From NCBI GenBank assembly GCA_902786665.1, contig CADADN010000058.1, positions 4,866-68,865 of the forward strand: a DNA stretch of 64,000 nucleotides, in the 5' to 3' direction. The notes below the pieces were generated by a model that saw only the letters and a list, made by a program, of their open reading frames with translations, was not told the origin of the DNA and did no database searches. Shown here piece by piece: positions 53,314-63,733 of the stretch; the first letter of the stretch is position 1, and each line of letters starts with the position of its first letter. Position numbers and translations under genes: made by a program. This DNA comes from an uncultured Prevotellaceae bacterium (GTDB taxonomy: Bacteria; Bacteroidota; Bacteroidia; Bacteroidales; Bacteroidaceae).

Positions 53314-54753
53314 TTACTCGTAATGAGTATCCAGATAGACGACCTTGGTCGAGAGGTATTCCTCGACGCCGTGTTTGCCATCAGCTCCACCGATACCGCT
53401 CTTCTTCTTTCCTGCATGGAATCCCTGCATGGCCTCGAAGTGCTCGCGGTTGATATACACCTCTCCGAATTCCAGTTCTCTCGACACCTTTGCAGCAATG
53501 TCGATGCTCTTGGTGAAGACAGAAGAGGCGAGTCCATACTCCACGTCGTTGGCCCATGCGATGACTTGGTCGATGTCGTCGAACTCGACAAGAGGCAGCA
53601 CGGGGCCGAATGTTTCCTCATGGACGATGTCGAAATCCTGCTTCACATCGTCGAGGACAGTAGCGGCGTAGAAGTATCCCTTCTCTCCCACTCTCTTTCC
53701 TCCGCAGAGTAATTTTGCCCCCTGCTTGATGGCGTTGGCCACCTTGGCCTCCACGCTTTCCAGGGCACGTTTCTCCACGAGTGGTCCCATGTCTACATTG
53801 TCGTCCTTGCAGGGGTCTCCCACCTTGACGGCCTCCATCTTACGTACGATGATGTCGGTGAATTCCTTTTTGATGTCCTTGTGCACATAAACCCTTTCTG
53901 CGTTGTTGCAGATCTGTCCGTTGTTTCCGATGCGTGAGTCTACCACCCACTGTGCGGCAGCCTCAAGGTCGGCATCCGGGAATACGATGGCGGGAGCCTT
54001 TCCACCCAATTCGAGCGACACCTTTGTGATGTTGTCGGCGGCAGCCTTCATGATGCTTTCTCCAGCCCCGACGCTTCCGGTGATGCTGACGATTCCAATC
54101 TTCGGGCTTGCAGCGAGAGCGTTGCCCACGACGGAACCTTTTCCGGTGACGACGTTGAACACCCCTGCAGGCAGGCCTGTCTCATCCACCACTTTTGCAA
54201 ACTCGCAACAGTTCTCAGGTGTGAGTTGGGAAGGTTTGATGACGATGGTGCATCCTGTGATGAGAGCCGCACCGGCCTTTCTGGCAATGAGGAAGAACGG
54301 GAAGTTCCACGGCAGTATTCCAGCCACCACTCCGATGGGTTCCTTGAAGAGCATGATGGTTTCCCCCCTTCTGTCGCTGGGGATGATTTCTCCTTCAATG
54401 GATCGTGCGAATGTAGCCATGTAATCGAAATAGTCGGCAGTGACGGCGACCTCCACGGAGGCCCATGTCTTAGTCTTTCCCTGCTCTCTCATGATGATGT
54501 CGACGAACTCCTCGTGCCTTGCGCGTATTCCGTCGGCCATTTTCTTGAGGTATGCCGCTCTCTCGATGGCAGGTGTCTTAGCCCATTCCTTCTGTGCCGC
54601 CACGGCAGCATCAAGAGCCTCGTCCACTTCTTCCACGGTGCCCTCAGGCTGTCTGCTGATGACTTCCTCTGTTGAAGGGTTGAGCACATCGATCCATTTT
54701 CCCGACTTGCTTTCAACGAACTTGCCGTTGATGTACATTTTTAGGTCTTTCAT
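53314..54753 (-). CDS. aldA: NAD-dependent aldehyde dehydrogenase, AldA/lactaldehyde dehydrogenase-like
   Basis: ILPWNFPFFLIARK, ITGS, LELGGKAP, NNGQICN, EETFGP, EAMQGFHAG. Confidence 0.88.
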   Translation of the reverse strand: MKDLKMYINGKFVESKSGKWIDVLNPSTEEVISRQPEGTVEEVDEALDAAVAAQKEWAKTPAIERAAYLKKMADGIRARHEEFVDIIMREQGKTKTWASVEVAVTADYFDYMATFARSIEGEIIPSDRRGETIMLFKEPIGVVAGILPWNFPFFLIARKAGAALITGCTIVIKPSQLTPENCCEFAKVVDETGLPAGVFNVVTGKGSVVGNALAASPKIGIVSITGSVGAGESIMKAAADNITKVSLELGGKAPAIVFPDADLEAAAQWVVDSRIGNNGQICNNAERVYVHKDIKKEFTDIIVRKMEAVKVGDPCKDDNVDMGPLVEKRALESVEAKVANAIKQGAKLLCGGKRVGEKGYFYAATVLDDVKQDFDIVHEETFGPVLPLVEFDDIDQVIAWANDVEYGLASSVFTKSIDIAAKVSRELEFGEVYINREHFEAMQGFHAGKKKSGIGGADGKHGVEEYLSTKVVYLDTHYE

Positions 54754-54912
54754 AAGGTTTTGTTTTAGTTAGATGAATATTGGGTGTTTTCCTTGAATTT
54801 CCCTTTTGAAGAAAAATCTTACAAATGTAGCAAAAAAACTGTTATGCACCAAGTTATTCAGATTTTTTAAGAAAAAAGTGTATGCGAAGCAGTCTTCTCC
54901 CACCAATGCATG

Positions 54913-54962
54913 CAACAACCGCGTGGCAGCGCCAATGAGTCGGCGCAGCCACGCGGTTGTTG
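54913..54962 (-). terminator. Hairpin downstream of the zinc-ribbon gene
   Basis: CAACAACCGCGTGGC / GCCACGCGGTTGTTG; no clear U-tract. Confidence 0.55.
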
Positions 54963-54977
54963 TCATGATGTGACTAT

Positions 54978-55802
54978 TCAGTCTTCGCTTGTCTCTGTTT
55001 TCTTTCTTCTTGAGACCCTTTTCTTGGGTTTTTCCTCCACAGGAGCGTCTTGTTTCACGCCAGCAAGTTCCGGGTCGATGAGGATTCTTCCGCAATATTC
55101 GCACACGATGATTTTCTTGTGCATTTTGATGTCGAGTTGCCTTTGTGGCGGTATTTTGTTGAAGCATCCTCCACAAGCGTCTCTCTGCACATAAACCACT
55201 CCAAGTCCGTTTCGTGCATTTTTCCTTATGCGTTTGAAACTGTAAAGGAGTCTCTCCTCTATTTTCTCTTCGAGAACCTTTGCCTTGTCCTTGAGTTTGT
55301 CTTCCTCCTCTCGTGTTTCCTGCATGATGGAGTCAAGTTCACTCTTCTTCTCCTCGAGCATCTGCATTTTCAAATCCACCTGCTCTTGGCTTTGCTTGAG
55401 CTGTTCTTCACGCTCTTTGATTCTCACCTCAGCTTCTCCGATTTTCTTTTTACAAAGCTCGACTTCCAGTTCTTGGAAGACGATTTCCTTGTTAAGCATG
55501 TCATACTCTCTGTTGTTTTTCACATCGTTGAGTTGTTCCTTGTATCGCGCCACAATGTTCAAAGCCTCTTCAATGTCTCCCCTTTTCTGGGAGATAGCAG
55601 TGTTGAACTCCTGTATCTCGTTGCTGATTTTGTCGATACGTGTTCTGAGTCCAGCTATTTCGTCTTCGAGGTCCTGCACCTCAAGGGGCAGTTCGCCTCT
55701 GAGCGCTCTTTTCTCATCGATTTGCGACAATGTGGTCTGCAACTGGAAAAGTGTTTCCAGTTTTTTCTCCACGGTCAAGTCTGTAGGATCTTTCTTTGCC
55801 AT
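54978..55802 (-). CDS. Coiled-coil C4 zinc-ribbon protein (CT398/HP0958-like)
   Basis: Long coiled coil; ACGGCFNKIPPQ...VCEYCGRIL. Confidence 0.9.
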   Translation of the reverse strand: MAKKDPTDLTVEKKLETLFQLQTTLSQIDEKRALRGELPLEVQDLEDEIAGLRTRIDKISNEIQEFNTAISQKRGDIEEALNIVARYKEQLNDVKNNREYDMLNKEIVFQELEVELCKKKIGEAEVRIKEREEQLKQSQEQVDLKMQMLEEKKSELDSIMQETREEEDKLKDKAKVLEEKIEERLLYSFKRIRKNARNGLGVVYVQRDACGGCFNKIPPQRQLDIKMHKKIIVCEYCGRILIDPELAGVKQDAPVEEKPKKRVSRRKKTETSED

Positions 55803-55830
55803 GTTGATTAAATATGTTGTGTAAAATCTG

Positions 55831-56616
55831 TTATAGATAAACGATGGGGTTGGTGTTGAGTTCTGTGATGCAGCACCTCACTCCTTTGCATTCTTCCTCG
55901 ATGATGGATTTGAACAATTCGCTTGTGAATTGTTCGCTTTGGTAGTGCCCGATGACACATATCTGCACTTGCTGCTCGTGGTCGAAAAACTCATGGTAGT
56001 GCATCTCACCGGTGACGAAAGCATCTGCTCCCGCCCTCACGGCATCGTCAAGGAGGAATGCTCCGGCGCCTCCGCAAACGGCCACTTTCTTGACTTTCCT
56101 TTTGAGCAGTTGGTTGGCCTGGACGCATTTCACTTGGAAGGTGTCCTTGACCATCTTTATGAAATCATCGGCCTCCATCGGCACAGGCAATTCTCCTGTC
56201 ACTCCGCTTCCGCCTTCCGCGCCCTCCACCATTTTCGGTGCGAGAAGTGAGATGTTTTCCAATCCCATTTTCTCAGCAATTTTGAAATTGACCCCTCCGA
56301 CGGCGTTGTCGATGTTGGTGTGCATGGATATGATGGCGACATGGTTGAGGATGGCTTTCATCAGGCATCGCTGCACCATGTTGGCATCGGAAACCCTTTT
56401 GAGTGCCCTGAAGATGAGAGGGTGATGCGACACGATGAGGTTGCACCCTTTCTCTATTGCCTCGTCCACCACTTGCTCGGTGACGTCGAGACACAATAAT
56501 GCCCCTGACACTTCCGTCTCTGTCAATCCCACTTGCAGGCCGGCATTGTCATAGCTTTCCTGCAGGGGCAGAGGCGCGAACTTTTCAAGGGCATTCAGCA
56601 CTTCTTTTATTTTCAC
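55831..56616 (-). CDS. Nif3/YbgI-like dinuclear metal-centre protein
   Basis: QESYDNAGL, SHHPLIF, HTNID, GHYQSE; GTG start inferred. Confidence 0.92.
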   Translation of the reverse strand: MKIKEVLNALEKFAPLPLQESYDNAGLQVGLTETEVSGALLCLDVTEQVVDEAIEKGCNLIVSHHPLIFRALKRVSDANMVQRCLMKAILNHVAIISMHTNIDNAVGGVNFKIAEKMGLENISLLAPKMVEGAEGGSGVTGELPVPMEADDFIKMVKDTFQVKCVQANQLLKRKVKKVAVCGGAGAFLLDDAVRAGADAFVTGEMHYHEFFDHEQQVQICVIGHYQSEQFTSELFKSIIEEECKGVRCCITELNTNPIVYL

Positions 56617-57009
56617 GCTTTCCAGCTTTAATATGATTGAAATGCAAAAATAATGATTTTTGCCAAAACACACCTATTTTATTGGCATAGTTTAACATCA
56701 TTTAAGTTTCGGAGGAAAGAATGGGCTGTTCAGCGAATATCACTAAAACATAAAATGCTAAAATATTAAAGAATTTAGTGTTGTGCGGTTGCATCAATCT
56801 GAACACTCAAAAGATTTCCGTTCTGTAAAAAAAGTTTGAGCAAATAGCGATGTTAGTCACCCCTCCCCTGCAAGAGGCGAGGATATGCGCACCACCCTTT
56901 TGCTTACTGTCATTTTTTTAAGCAAAGCCAACGGGATCACTTTTTCTTGCTTCTTTGCATGAAATATTTAAGACCACTGAATATAAAAAGCCAACAAATC
57001 ACAAACAAC

Positions 57010-57035
57010 TGAGTCCACTTTTCAAAGTGGACTCA
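57010..57035 (-). terminator. Hairpin after the nuclease gene
   Basis: TGAGTCCACTTT / AAAGTGGACTCA. Confidence 0.6.
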
Positions 57036-57074
57036 TATACAAGATTCTACGTTCCTATTTTCGCCATCTTCTTG

Positions 57075-58085
57075 TCAGTTGTTGCGTTCATTGAAATAGG
57101 AAACTGCTTTTTCTATTTTCCATTCATCCATCATCCTGTTGTAAGCAGCCGACTCCACACTCTCTTCCAGGCGGTCGTCGAGCATGGAGAAGAAGTCCAT
57201 TCCAGTGATGCGTTCCACCTCATCGACAGACACCACATACTCGTTCATGTCCTTGTGCCCTCCCTTGTTGGGATAGATGAATCCTATGGCCTTTGTCTTT
57301 CTGTTGTCCGAGAGGAGCACCTTGAAGAAAGCGTCGGGCACAGCCACCTTATGACTCCCTATGGTTTGCCTCACCCCGTTGTAGAACACCGGCCCTGTGA
57401 CGATGTAGATGTCACCCATCTCTTTCGCCCAATAGCGGCATTGTATTTCCAAGTCGTTCCAGTCTCCCTTGTTCAGGTCATGGTTCTGCGGGCACATGTT
57501 GGAGTACAGGAACGTTTGCCTTTGTGCTTTGGGGCTCCATTTATTGTCGCCCGAGGGGCACATGTGCCCCCTGTCGTATTTGGAGCGGAAGTAGTCGTCT
57601 GCCGTAGCCCTTGGCGCCGGCACCTCCATGTCTTCATAGAAATCCACCCCATCCCTGTAATTCTGTCCTTTGGTATGTGCCGCCGTGAGATGCCATGCCA
57701 CCCAGTTGGGCACCTTCCTGTCTTTGTTGTAAGAGACGGTGTACCCCTCTCTCAAGAGCAATATTTCGCTGGTGTTCTTGAGCGGGGCGGGATATTCCAT
57801 TTTCTGTTCCCTCCTCCTGCGCTCGTTGTTCGTGGAGCTTTCCCCGGAAGACCTGGTGCTTTCCCCGGAAGACCTTTGGTCTACCAACCCGGGCACGATG
57901 CCCCCTTCCTCACTCCCCTTTTCATTGCCACCGTCACTTCTGAAGCCAGCACCAAAGTATCTTCCGAGTGCCAGAAGAGCGATGAGAAGAACCAGCATCA
58001 GCAGTTTGAATACGGGCTTTCTTCCCATCTTCCCCAGTCCTTCCAAAATACCTTTTTTCCCTTTTCTTCCTTTTCCTTTACTCAT
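57075..58085 (-). CDS. Membrane-anchored DNA/RNA non-specific endonuclease (NucA/EndoG-type His-Me finger)
   Basis: PNWVAW, YDRGHMCP, NMCPQ...LN.G.W..LE, VPDAFFK. Confidence 0.92.
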   Translation of the reverse strand: MSKGKGRKGKKGILEGLGKMGRKPVFKLLMLVLLIALLALGRYFGAGFRSDGGNEKGSEEGGIVPGLVDQRSSGESTRSSGESSTNNERRRREQKMEYPAPLKNTSEILLLREGYTVSYNKDRKVPNWVAWHLTAAHTKGQNYRDGVDFYEDMEVPAPRATADDYFRSKYDRGHMCPSGDNKWSPKAQRQTFLYSNMCPQNHDLNKGDWNDLEIQCRYWAKEMGDIYIVTGPVFYNGVRQTIGSHKVAVPDAFFKVLLSDNRKTKAIGFIYPNKGGHKDMNEYVVSVDEVERITGMDFFSMLDDRLEESVESAAYNRMMDEWKIEKAVSYFNERNN

Positions 58086-58123
58086 GGCATTGCGGTTGAG
58101 GAATCACGAGCCAGTCATTGTCT

Positions 58124-58945
58124 TTATTGTTGAGTCGCCTTTGCCGGGTCGAGGTGCCTCTTTCTCTTGATATTCTGTTTTTTCATGGCATGTATTTCAA
58201 AGGGGAGGTCGTCCACGTCCTCCGCCTTGATAACCACGGGCATCCCCACGTAGGTGTAGTTGTCTCCCAAGTCCTTGATGTCCTTGTCGTGCAGCCTGAT
58301 GCATCCCTCGCTGGCCCTTCCCGGAACACTTTCCTCGTTGTTGGTGCTTCCATGGATGCCAATGCCCTTGTGTCCATGTGTATCCAAGCGATGGAAATAT
58401 CTTCCGTAGGAGAGGATGCTTCCCCTTCCGTCTCCGAAGTCATGCTCCCATCCCGATGCATCTACGATTTCAGTTATTGTGAAGGGGTTTTCCATGGTGC
58501 AATGAGGTGTTTTCATGTCCCCCTCCCTTTCCTTGTTACCCTTTTTGAGAGCGAAACAGCAGTCATATCTTGCCAGCATCACGGTGTCTTTACCTTGTGG
58601 CTCATAGACATAGAGGTAATAGTCTTTTTTAGACATGACAATGAAACATTTCTCTTTGTTTTTCATCTTGTCAGGATGGCTGAAGCTGTCGTCCGACGCC
58701 AGTCTTATGGTTTTATTGCCATACGACTCAACCACCTTCTCCCCCATTTCATCCCCGGAATACGGGAATGCCTCCTCCGCGGCCTTTCCCTGTTCCACTT
58801 TGTTTCCTTTGGTATCCACGTAAGACTTGCCATCGCCCTTCTTCCCCGGACATCCGATCAGCAGGACCAATGCAGCCGATACAACCAATGCAGTAACGAA
58901 AGTCAGCAAGCCTTTGGATTTCCTTTTTGTTTGTTTGTTTTCCAT
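58124..58945 (-). CDS. L,D-transpeptidase (YkuD family)
   Basis: GDMKTP, IGIHG...GRASEGCIRL; N-terminal hydrophobic anchor ending LIGC. Confidence 0.88.
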   Translation of the reverse strand: MENKQTKRKSKGLLTFVTALVVSAALVLLIGCPGKKGDGKSYVDTKGNKVEQGKAAEEAFPYSGDEMGEKVVESYGNKTIRLASDDSFSHPDKMKNKEKCFIVMSKKDYYLYVYEPQGKDTVMLARYDCCFALKKGNKEREGDMKTPHCTMENPFTITEIVDASGWEHDFGDGRGSILSYGRYFHRLDTHGHKGIGIHGSTNNEESVPGRASEGCIRLHDKDIKDLGDNYTYVGMPVVIKAEDVDDLPFEIHAMKKQNIKRKRHLDPAKATQQ

Positions 58946-59093
58946 ATTTTTGTATTCTATCAATATGGATGCAAAAATAAGAAAAAAAATGATATGGGCA
59001 AAACAAAAAAGCTTTTTTTGAGGTTTTCATATTCAAGAGGTTGGTCGAATGGAATGTTTTTCCTATTTTTGTAACATAAATGCAAACATCTCT

Positions 59094-60119
59094 ATGGACC
59101 ACCTGTATTTCCCTGCTGAATGGGAGCGCCAGCGGTGCATCCAACTGACGTGGCCCCATGCCGGCACTGACTGGGCAGACTGCCTGACGGACATCACAAA
59201 GACGTTCGTCGAACTGTCGTCCGTCATCACTCGCCACGAGCCGCTGTTGGTTGTCACTCCCGACCCGGCCTCCACCCATTCCACCCTGGCGTCACGTCTG
59301 TCGCCGGAAGCTCTCCGTCGCGTCACCTTCTTCCAGTGTGCCACCAACGACACATGGGCGCGAGACCATGGCGCCCTCACCCTTCTGCCTGTTGCCGGCA
59401 GCACCGCCAGCCCCCGGCTGCTCGACTTCCGTTTCAACGGCTGGGGAGAGAAGTTCCCCTCTGAGCTCGACAATGCCATCAACCGCCATCTCTCGCAATC
59501 CGGCATCCTTGGTCCCCTTGACGACCATGACGACTTCGTGCTTGAAGGCGGCTCCGTGGAGAGCGACGGTGCAGGCACGGTTTTCACGACGAGCATGTGC
59601 CTGTTGGCGCCTCACCGCAACGACCTTGACCGCGAAGGTCTGGAACGCGAGTTGAGACGTCGCCTGCATGCCGCCCGCGTGGTGTGGCTCGACCATGGCA
59701 GCCTGATAGGCGACGACACCGACGGGCACATCGACACCATCGTGCGCTGCGCCCCCGGCGACACCCTGCTCCATGTGTGCAGCGACGACCCTTCCGATGC
59801 GCAACATGCCAACTTCCAAGCCCTCGAGCGCCAACTGCACGAGTTGCGCACCCTCGACGGACGTCCCTATCGGCTACTCCCTCTCCCCATGCCTCACGCC
59901 ATCATGGAAGACGGAGAGCGCCTGCCTGCCACATATGCCAACTTCCTCATTCTCAACGGTGCCGTCGTTGTTCCGACCTATGACCAGCCCGACAACGACG
60001 CACTAGCCTGCGAGACCATCGGCAAGGCCTTTCCCGACCGTGACGTGGTGCCTTTGGACGCCCGGACAATCATCTGCCAGCATGGCTCCATCCACTGTCT
60101 GACAATGCAGTATTATTGA
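59094..60119 (+). CDS. aguA: Agmatine deiminase (PAD family)
   Basis: PAEWE, DTWARD.G, FNGWG.KF, LEGGS..SDG.G, DTDGHID, ATYANF, GSIHCLTMQ. Confidence 0.92.
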   Translation: MDHLYFPAEWERQRCIQLTWPHAGTDWADCLTDITKTFVELSSVITRHEPLLVVTPDPASTHSTLASRLSPEALRRVTFFQCATNDTWARDHGALTLLPVAGSTASPRLLDFRFNGWGEKFPSELDNAINRHLSQSGILGPLDDHDDFVLEGGSVESDGAGTVFTTSMCLLAPHRNDLDREGLERELRRRLHAARVVWLDHGSLIGDDTDGHIDTIVRCAPGDTLLHVCSDDPSDAQHANFQALERQLHELRTLDGRPYRLLPLPMPHAIMEDGERLPATYANFLILNGAVVVPTYDQPDNDALACETIGKAFPDRDVVPLDARTIICQHGSIHCLTMQYY

Positions 60120-60136
60120 ACCCACATTCTCACATC

Positions 60137-61042
60137 ATGAAAGAAATCAAGATAGGAATCATCCAGCAACACAACGTTGCCTCACGCGAAGACAACATGC
60201 GCCGCCTCCGCGACGGCATCATCGACCTTTCCCGTCAAGGTGCCCAATTGGTCGTCCTTCAGGAGTTGCACAATTCCCTTTACTTCTGCCAAGAGGAGCG
60301 GGTCGACCATTTCGACTTGGCCGAACCCATCCCCGGGCCTTCCACCGAGTTTTTCGGTGCCCTTGCCCGTGAACTGGGCGTGGTGATTGTCACCTCCCTC
60401 TTCGAGCGCCGCGCCCCCGGCCTGTATCACAACACCGCCGTAGTGATGGAGCGCGACGGCAGCATGGCCGGCATCTACCGCAAGACCCACATCCCCGACG
60501 ACCCAGCCTATTATGAGAAATTCTATTTCACACCCGGCGACCTTGGCTTCCATCCCATCGACACCAGCGTGGGGCGCCTTGGCGTGCTTGTCTGCTGGGA
60601 CCAATGGTACCCAGAGGCCGCACGCCTGATGGCCCTTGCCGGCGCCGACCTTCTCATCTACCCCACCGCCATCGGCTATGAGAGCAGCGACACACCGGAA
60701 GAGCAAGAGCGTCAGCGGGAGGCATGGACAACGGTGCAGCGCGGCCATGCCGTGGCCAACGGCCTGCCAGTGGTGACGGTGAACCGCGTGGGCCACGAAG
60801 CCGACCCTTCCGGCCAGACCCGTGGCATACAGTTTTGGGGAAGCAGTTTCGTTGTCGGTCCTCAAGGCGAGTTTCTCCACCGCTCCAGTGCCGATGCCGA
60901 AGAGACGGCAGTCATCACCATCGACCTGGACCACAGCGAGCAAGTGCGACGCTGGTGGCCATTCTTCCGCGACCGCAGAATAGAGGAATATGGAAATTTG
61001 CTGAAAAGGTATGTGGACCCCGGAAGGGGAAAGGAGAAATAG
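60137..61042 (+). CDS. aguB: N-carbamoylputrescine amidohydrolase (nitrilase superfamily)
   Basis: LQEL, YRKTHIPDDP.YYEKFYF, CWDQWYPEAAR, YPTAIG; adjacent to agmatine deiminase. Confidence 0.9.
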   Translation: MKEIKIGIIQQHNVASREDNMRRLRDGIIDLSRQGAQLVVLQELHNSLYFCQEERVDHFDLAEPIPGPSTEFFGALARELGVVIVTSLFERRAPGLYHNTAVVMERDGSMAGIYRKTHIPDDPAYYEKFYFTPGDLGFHPIDTSVGRLGVLVCWDQWYPEAARLMALAGADLLIYPTAIGYESSDTPEEQERQREAWTTVQRGHAVANGLPVVTVNRVGHEADPSGQTRGIQFWGSSFVVGPQGEFLHRSSADAEETAVITIDLDHSEQVRRWWPFFRDRRIEEYGNLLKRYVDPGRGKEK

Positions 61043-61139
61043 GAAGTGCTAGGAAGTGCTAGGAAATTCTAGGAAATTCTAGGAAGTGCTAGGAAATTCT
61101 AGGAAAACCAGGAAAACCAGGAAAACCAGGAAAGACCAG
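61040..61139 (+). repeat. 10-mer (CTAGGAAGTG/CTAGGAAATT)x6 grading into 9-mer (CCAGGAAAA) units
   Basis: Read directly; first unit contains the aguB TAG stop. Confidence 0.9.
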
Positions 61140-61160
61140 CCCCCTTGGAAAAATCCCTGG

Positions 61161-62444
61161 CTAATGGTGCCTCTTATGTCTCAGCAGCCATAGTGAAGCG
61201 ATGGCCACGACAGCCATGCAAACGACGCAGATGAAGAATCGTCGGTATCCGAAATAGTCTTGCATGAACCCCGTTGCCACCCCGGACAACAAAACCGAAA
61301 AAGCCAAGATGGCAAGACAGGAGTCGCCATATGCAGGAAGAGTCCTTCCTCGACCATAATATCTCAGATATCGCACGAAGCCAGCCATTCCGAATCCACA
61401 CCCGAAGCTTTCGACAGAAAGGCAAAGGGTGACGTATGACAGTTCCGCCGGCATGGCATAAGCGAGGTACAGCAGCATCGCATCTGGCACGGTAATGGCC
61501 ATCACCATTGGCCACACCCACTTTCTCAAGCCCTTTTTCTTCATGACTTCGAATCCCATCACGCATCCCACCAACATGGCCATTCCTGCCACGGTGCTTA
61601 GCGCGAACGCCACCTCCTGTGGTCCTAACGATAGCCCTCCGATGCTCCCCGGGTCGACCAAGAAGAGTTGGACACCTTTTATGATAAGGCATTCGTGCAA
61701 CGAGAAGAGGATGATGAACAAGACAAAAGGCCCTTGCTTGGGGAAATTCCACCATTTCCTCACTTCTCTCATCTGTTTCTTCCAAGCCGCCGACAGTCCC
61801 ATCTGTCTCCCGCACTCCACGTATCTTGGCAATGAAATGGCCATGACGACAGCCACGAAGAAGACCATGGCCGCCAACACCTTGAAAGCCAACGCCCACG
61901 ACTCGACGATGTCTCTTGTGAGCACCTCCATGTCGCCGGCGATGACGAAGGTGACACCTGTTCCCAAAACGGTGGCCAGGATGGGCAAAGCTACAGACAC
62001 AGACGTTCTTCCTTGCTTCCGGCTTCCCCATAGTGCATTGCAGAAGTCTCCTGCCATGACATCATGGAAAGCTCCTATCAGTGCGCTTGCCGCCAAGCAA
62101 TACCATACGGCAGTCCCACCACCTTTCGGCTCCAAGAACCATGCCACCGCCAACATCGACAAGGCGAAGAGCACCTCCATGGCCACCATCCACCAAGCCT
62201 GCCGTGGCAGGGCCAATGCAAAAGGCCTGAGCAACTGTCGCAACACGAATGGAATGGCGAGCAACGCTGTCCCGCACGCCGCCCAAGAGTTGCTCATTCC
62301 CAGTCTCTTCAGCATCACCATCGCCACAGACATCAGTGCCACCACCACCATGCCTCTTGCGAAGCCCAGCAGCGAAGCCCATAGCCACGCCCTTCTATGC
62401 GTGACCACCCTTCCAGCGACAGAAGAATGCCCTTTCCTTATCAT
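61161..62444 (-). CDS. Divergent AmpG-like MFS transporter
   Basis: About 12 TM; GGLSL...A..TV, GLRKWVWPM..AITVPD and FG.GFG align by eye with the upstream paralog. Confidence 0.75.
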   Translation of the reverse strand: MIRKGHSSVAGRVVTHRRAWLWASLLGFARGMVVVALMSVAMVMLKRLGMSNSWAACGTALLAIPFVLRQLLRPFALALPRQAWWMVAMEVLFALSMLAVAWFLEPKGGGTAVWYCLAASALIGAFHDVMAGDFCNALWGSRKQGRTSVSVALPILATVLGTGVTFVIAGDMEVLTRDIVESWALAFKVLAAMVFFVAVVMAISLPRYVECGRQMGLSAAWKKQMREVRKWWNFPKQGPFVLFIILFSLHECLIIKGVQLFLVDPGSIGGLSLGPQEVAFALSTVAGMAMLVGCVMGFEVMKKKGLRKWVWPMVMAITVPDAMLLYLAYAMPAELSYVTLCLSVESFGCGFGMAGFVRYLRYYGRGRTLPAYGDSCLAILAFSVLLSGVATGFMQDYFGYRRFFICVVCMAVVAIASLWLLRHKRHH

Positions 62445-63728
62445 CTATTCTTGTTTTTTCTTTCCAAACTCCGGGTCAATCTTGATGAAGGCCGTAACGG
62501 CAAAGGTGATGATGCAGAAGAACATGACCAAGATGAAGAAGGTATTATACCCTACCGCGTCCTTGATCCATCCCGACACCATTCCCGGGAGCATCAACCC
62601 GAGATAGGACAATCCGGTGCAAATGGCATAATGAGATGTCTTGAACTCACCCTGACTGTAATAGAGCATATAGAGCGTAAGTGCGGTGAATCCCAATCCA
62701 TAGCCAAACTGCTCTATGAAAAGGCATGTGCTGACGAGCCACAGGTTGTCGGGAAGAGCCGCACTGAGATACACATACACGATGTCGGGCAAGGTGATGG
62801 CGCAGACAAACGGCCAAAGCCAACGTTTCAGTCCGTCACGGCTAGCCAGCATGCCGCCCACGATGCCGCCCAAGAGCAGTCCTATGAGACCTACGGTGCC
62901 GTATGCCACGCCAAACGCCTCCTTGGTAAGTCCCAGTCCCCCCTCTTCCATCGGGCGGAGCAGGAACGTACTAGCCATTTTGGTGAGCATGGCTTCAGGG
63001 AAGCGATAAAGCAAAAGGAAGAGCAACACGAACACGATTTGCTTGACCGGCACCTTGGTGAAGAACGAGGAGAGCATCTGCCACAGTCCATGCGCCACAT
63101 CTTTCGCCGTCAGCCCTTCGTTGTTCCGGTCAACGGGTTTTGGCATGGCAAAACGGTGATAAAGCCAGATGGCGATGAAGATTGCCGCAAGTCCGAAGAA
63201 GATGAGGCTCCACGTAAACGCCTTGCTGTCAGGGTATGCTTTCTGCAACTCACCAGCCAACCATACGAGCACGCCTTGTCCGAAGATGACAGCTACGCGG
63301 TAGAAGGTGTTTCGTATGCCGACAAACCACGACTGGTCGTGACTGTCCAGGTCGAGCATGTAGAAACCGTCGGCGGCAATGTCGTGCGTGGCACTGGAGA
63401 AGGCCATGAGGAAGAAGAAGAACATGGTGCCTTGGAACCAGAAATCCGTGTTCACTGTGAAAGCCACACCGGCAAAGGCCGCTCCCAAGAGCAACTGCAT
63501 GGAGAGCACCCACCAACGCTTGGTCTTAAACAAATCAACAAACGGGCTCCATAGCGGTTTGATGACCCACGGCAACCCCAGCCAACTGGTGTAGAGGGCG
63601 ATTTCGGTGTCGGTCATCCCCATTTCCATATACATCACCACGGCCACGGTCATCACCACCACGTTGGGCAATCCCTCGGCGAAGTACAGTGTTGGAATCC
63701 AAGCCCATGGGCTTCTTTTCTTTTCCAT
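62445..63728 (-). CDS. ampG: AmpG-family muropeptide MFS transporter
   Basis: LYFAEGLP, LPWVIKPLWSPFVD, SATHDIAADG. Confidence 0.85.
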   Translation of the reverse strand: MEKKRSPWAWIPTLYFAEGLPNVVVMTVAVVMYMEMGMTDTEIALYTSWLGLPWVIKPLWSPFVDLFKTKRWWVLSMQLLLGAAFAGVAFTVNTDFWFQGTMFFFFLMAFSSATHDIAADGFYMLDLDSHDQSWFVGIRNTFYRVAVIFGQGVLVWLAGELQKAYPDSKAFTWSLIFFGLAAIFIAIWLYHRFAMPKPVDRNNEGLTAKDVAHGLWQMLSSFFTKVPVKQIVFVLLFLLLYRFPEAMLTKMASTFLLRPMEEGGLGLTKEAFGVAYGTVGLIGLLLGGIVGGMLASRDGLKRWLWPFVCAITLPDIVYVYLSAALPDNLWLVSTCLFIEQFGYGLGFTALTLYMLYYSQGEFKTSHYAICTGLSYLGLMLPGMVSGWIKDAVGYNTFFILVMFFCIITFAVTAFIKIDPEFGKKKQE

Positions 63729-63733
63729 CTTGC

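Noticed and set aside
56740-56930. Possible structured RNA in the Nif3-nuclease gap (weak stems, ends GCGCACCA)
   Set aside because: Stems are short and imperfect, with no recognisable tRNA, tmRNA or 6S features and no clear promoter-terminator pair.
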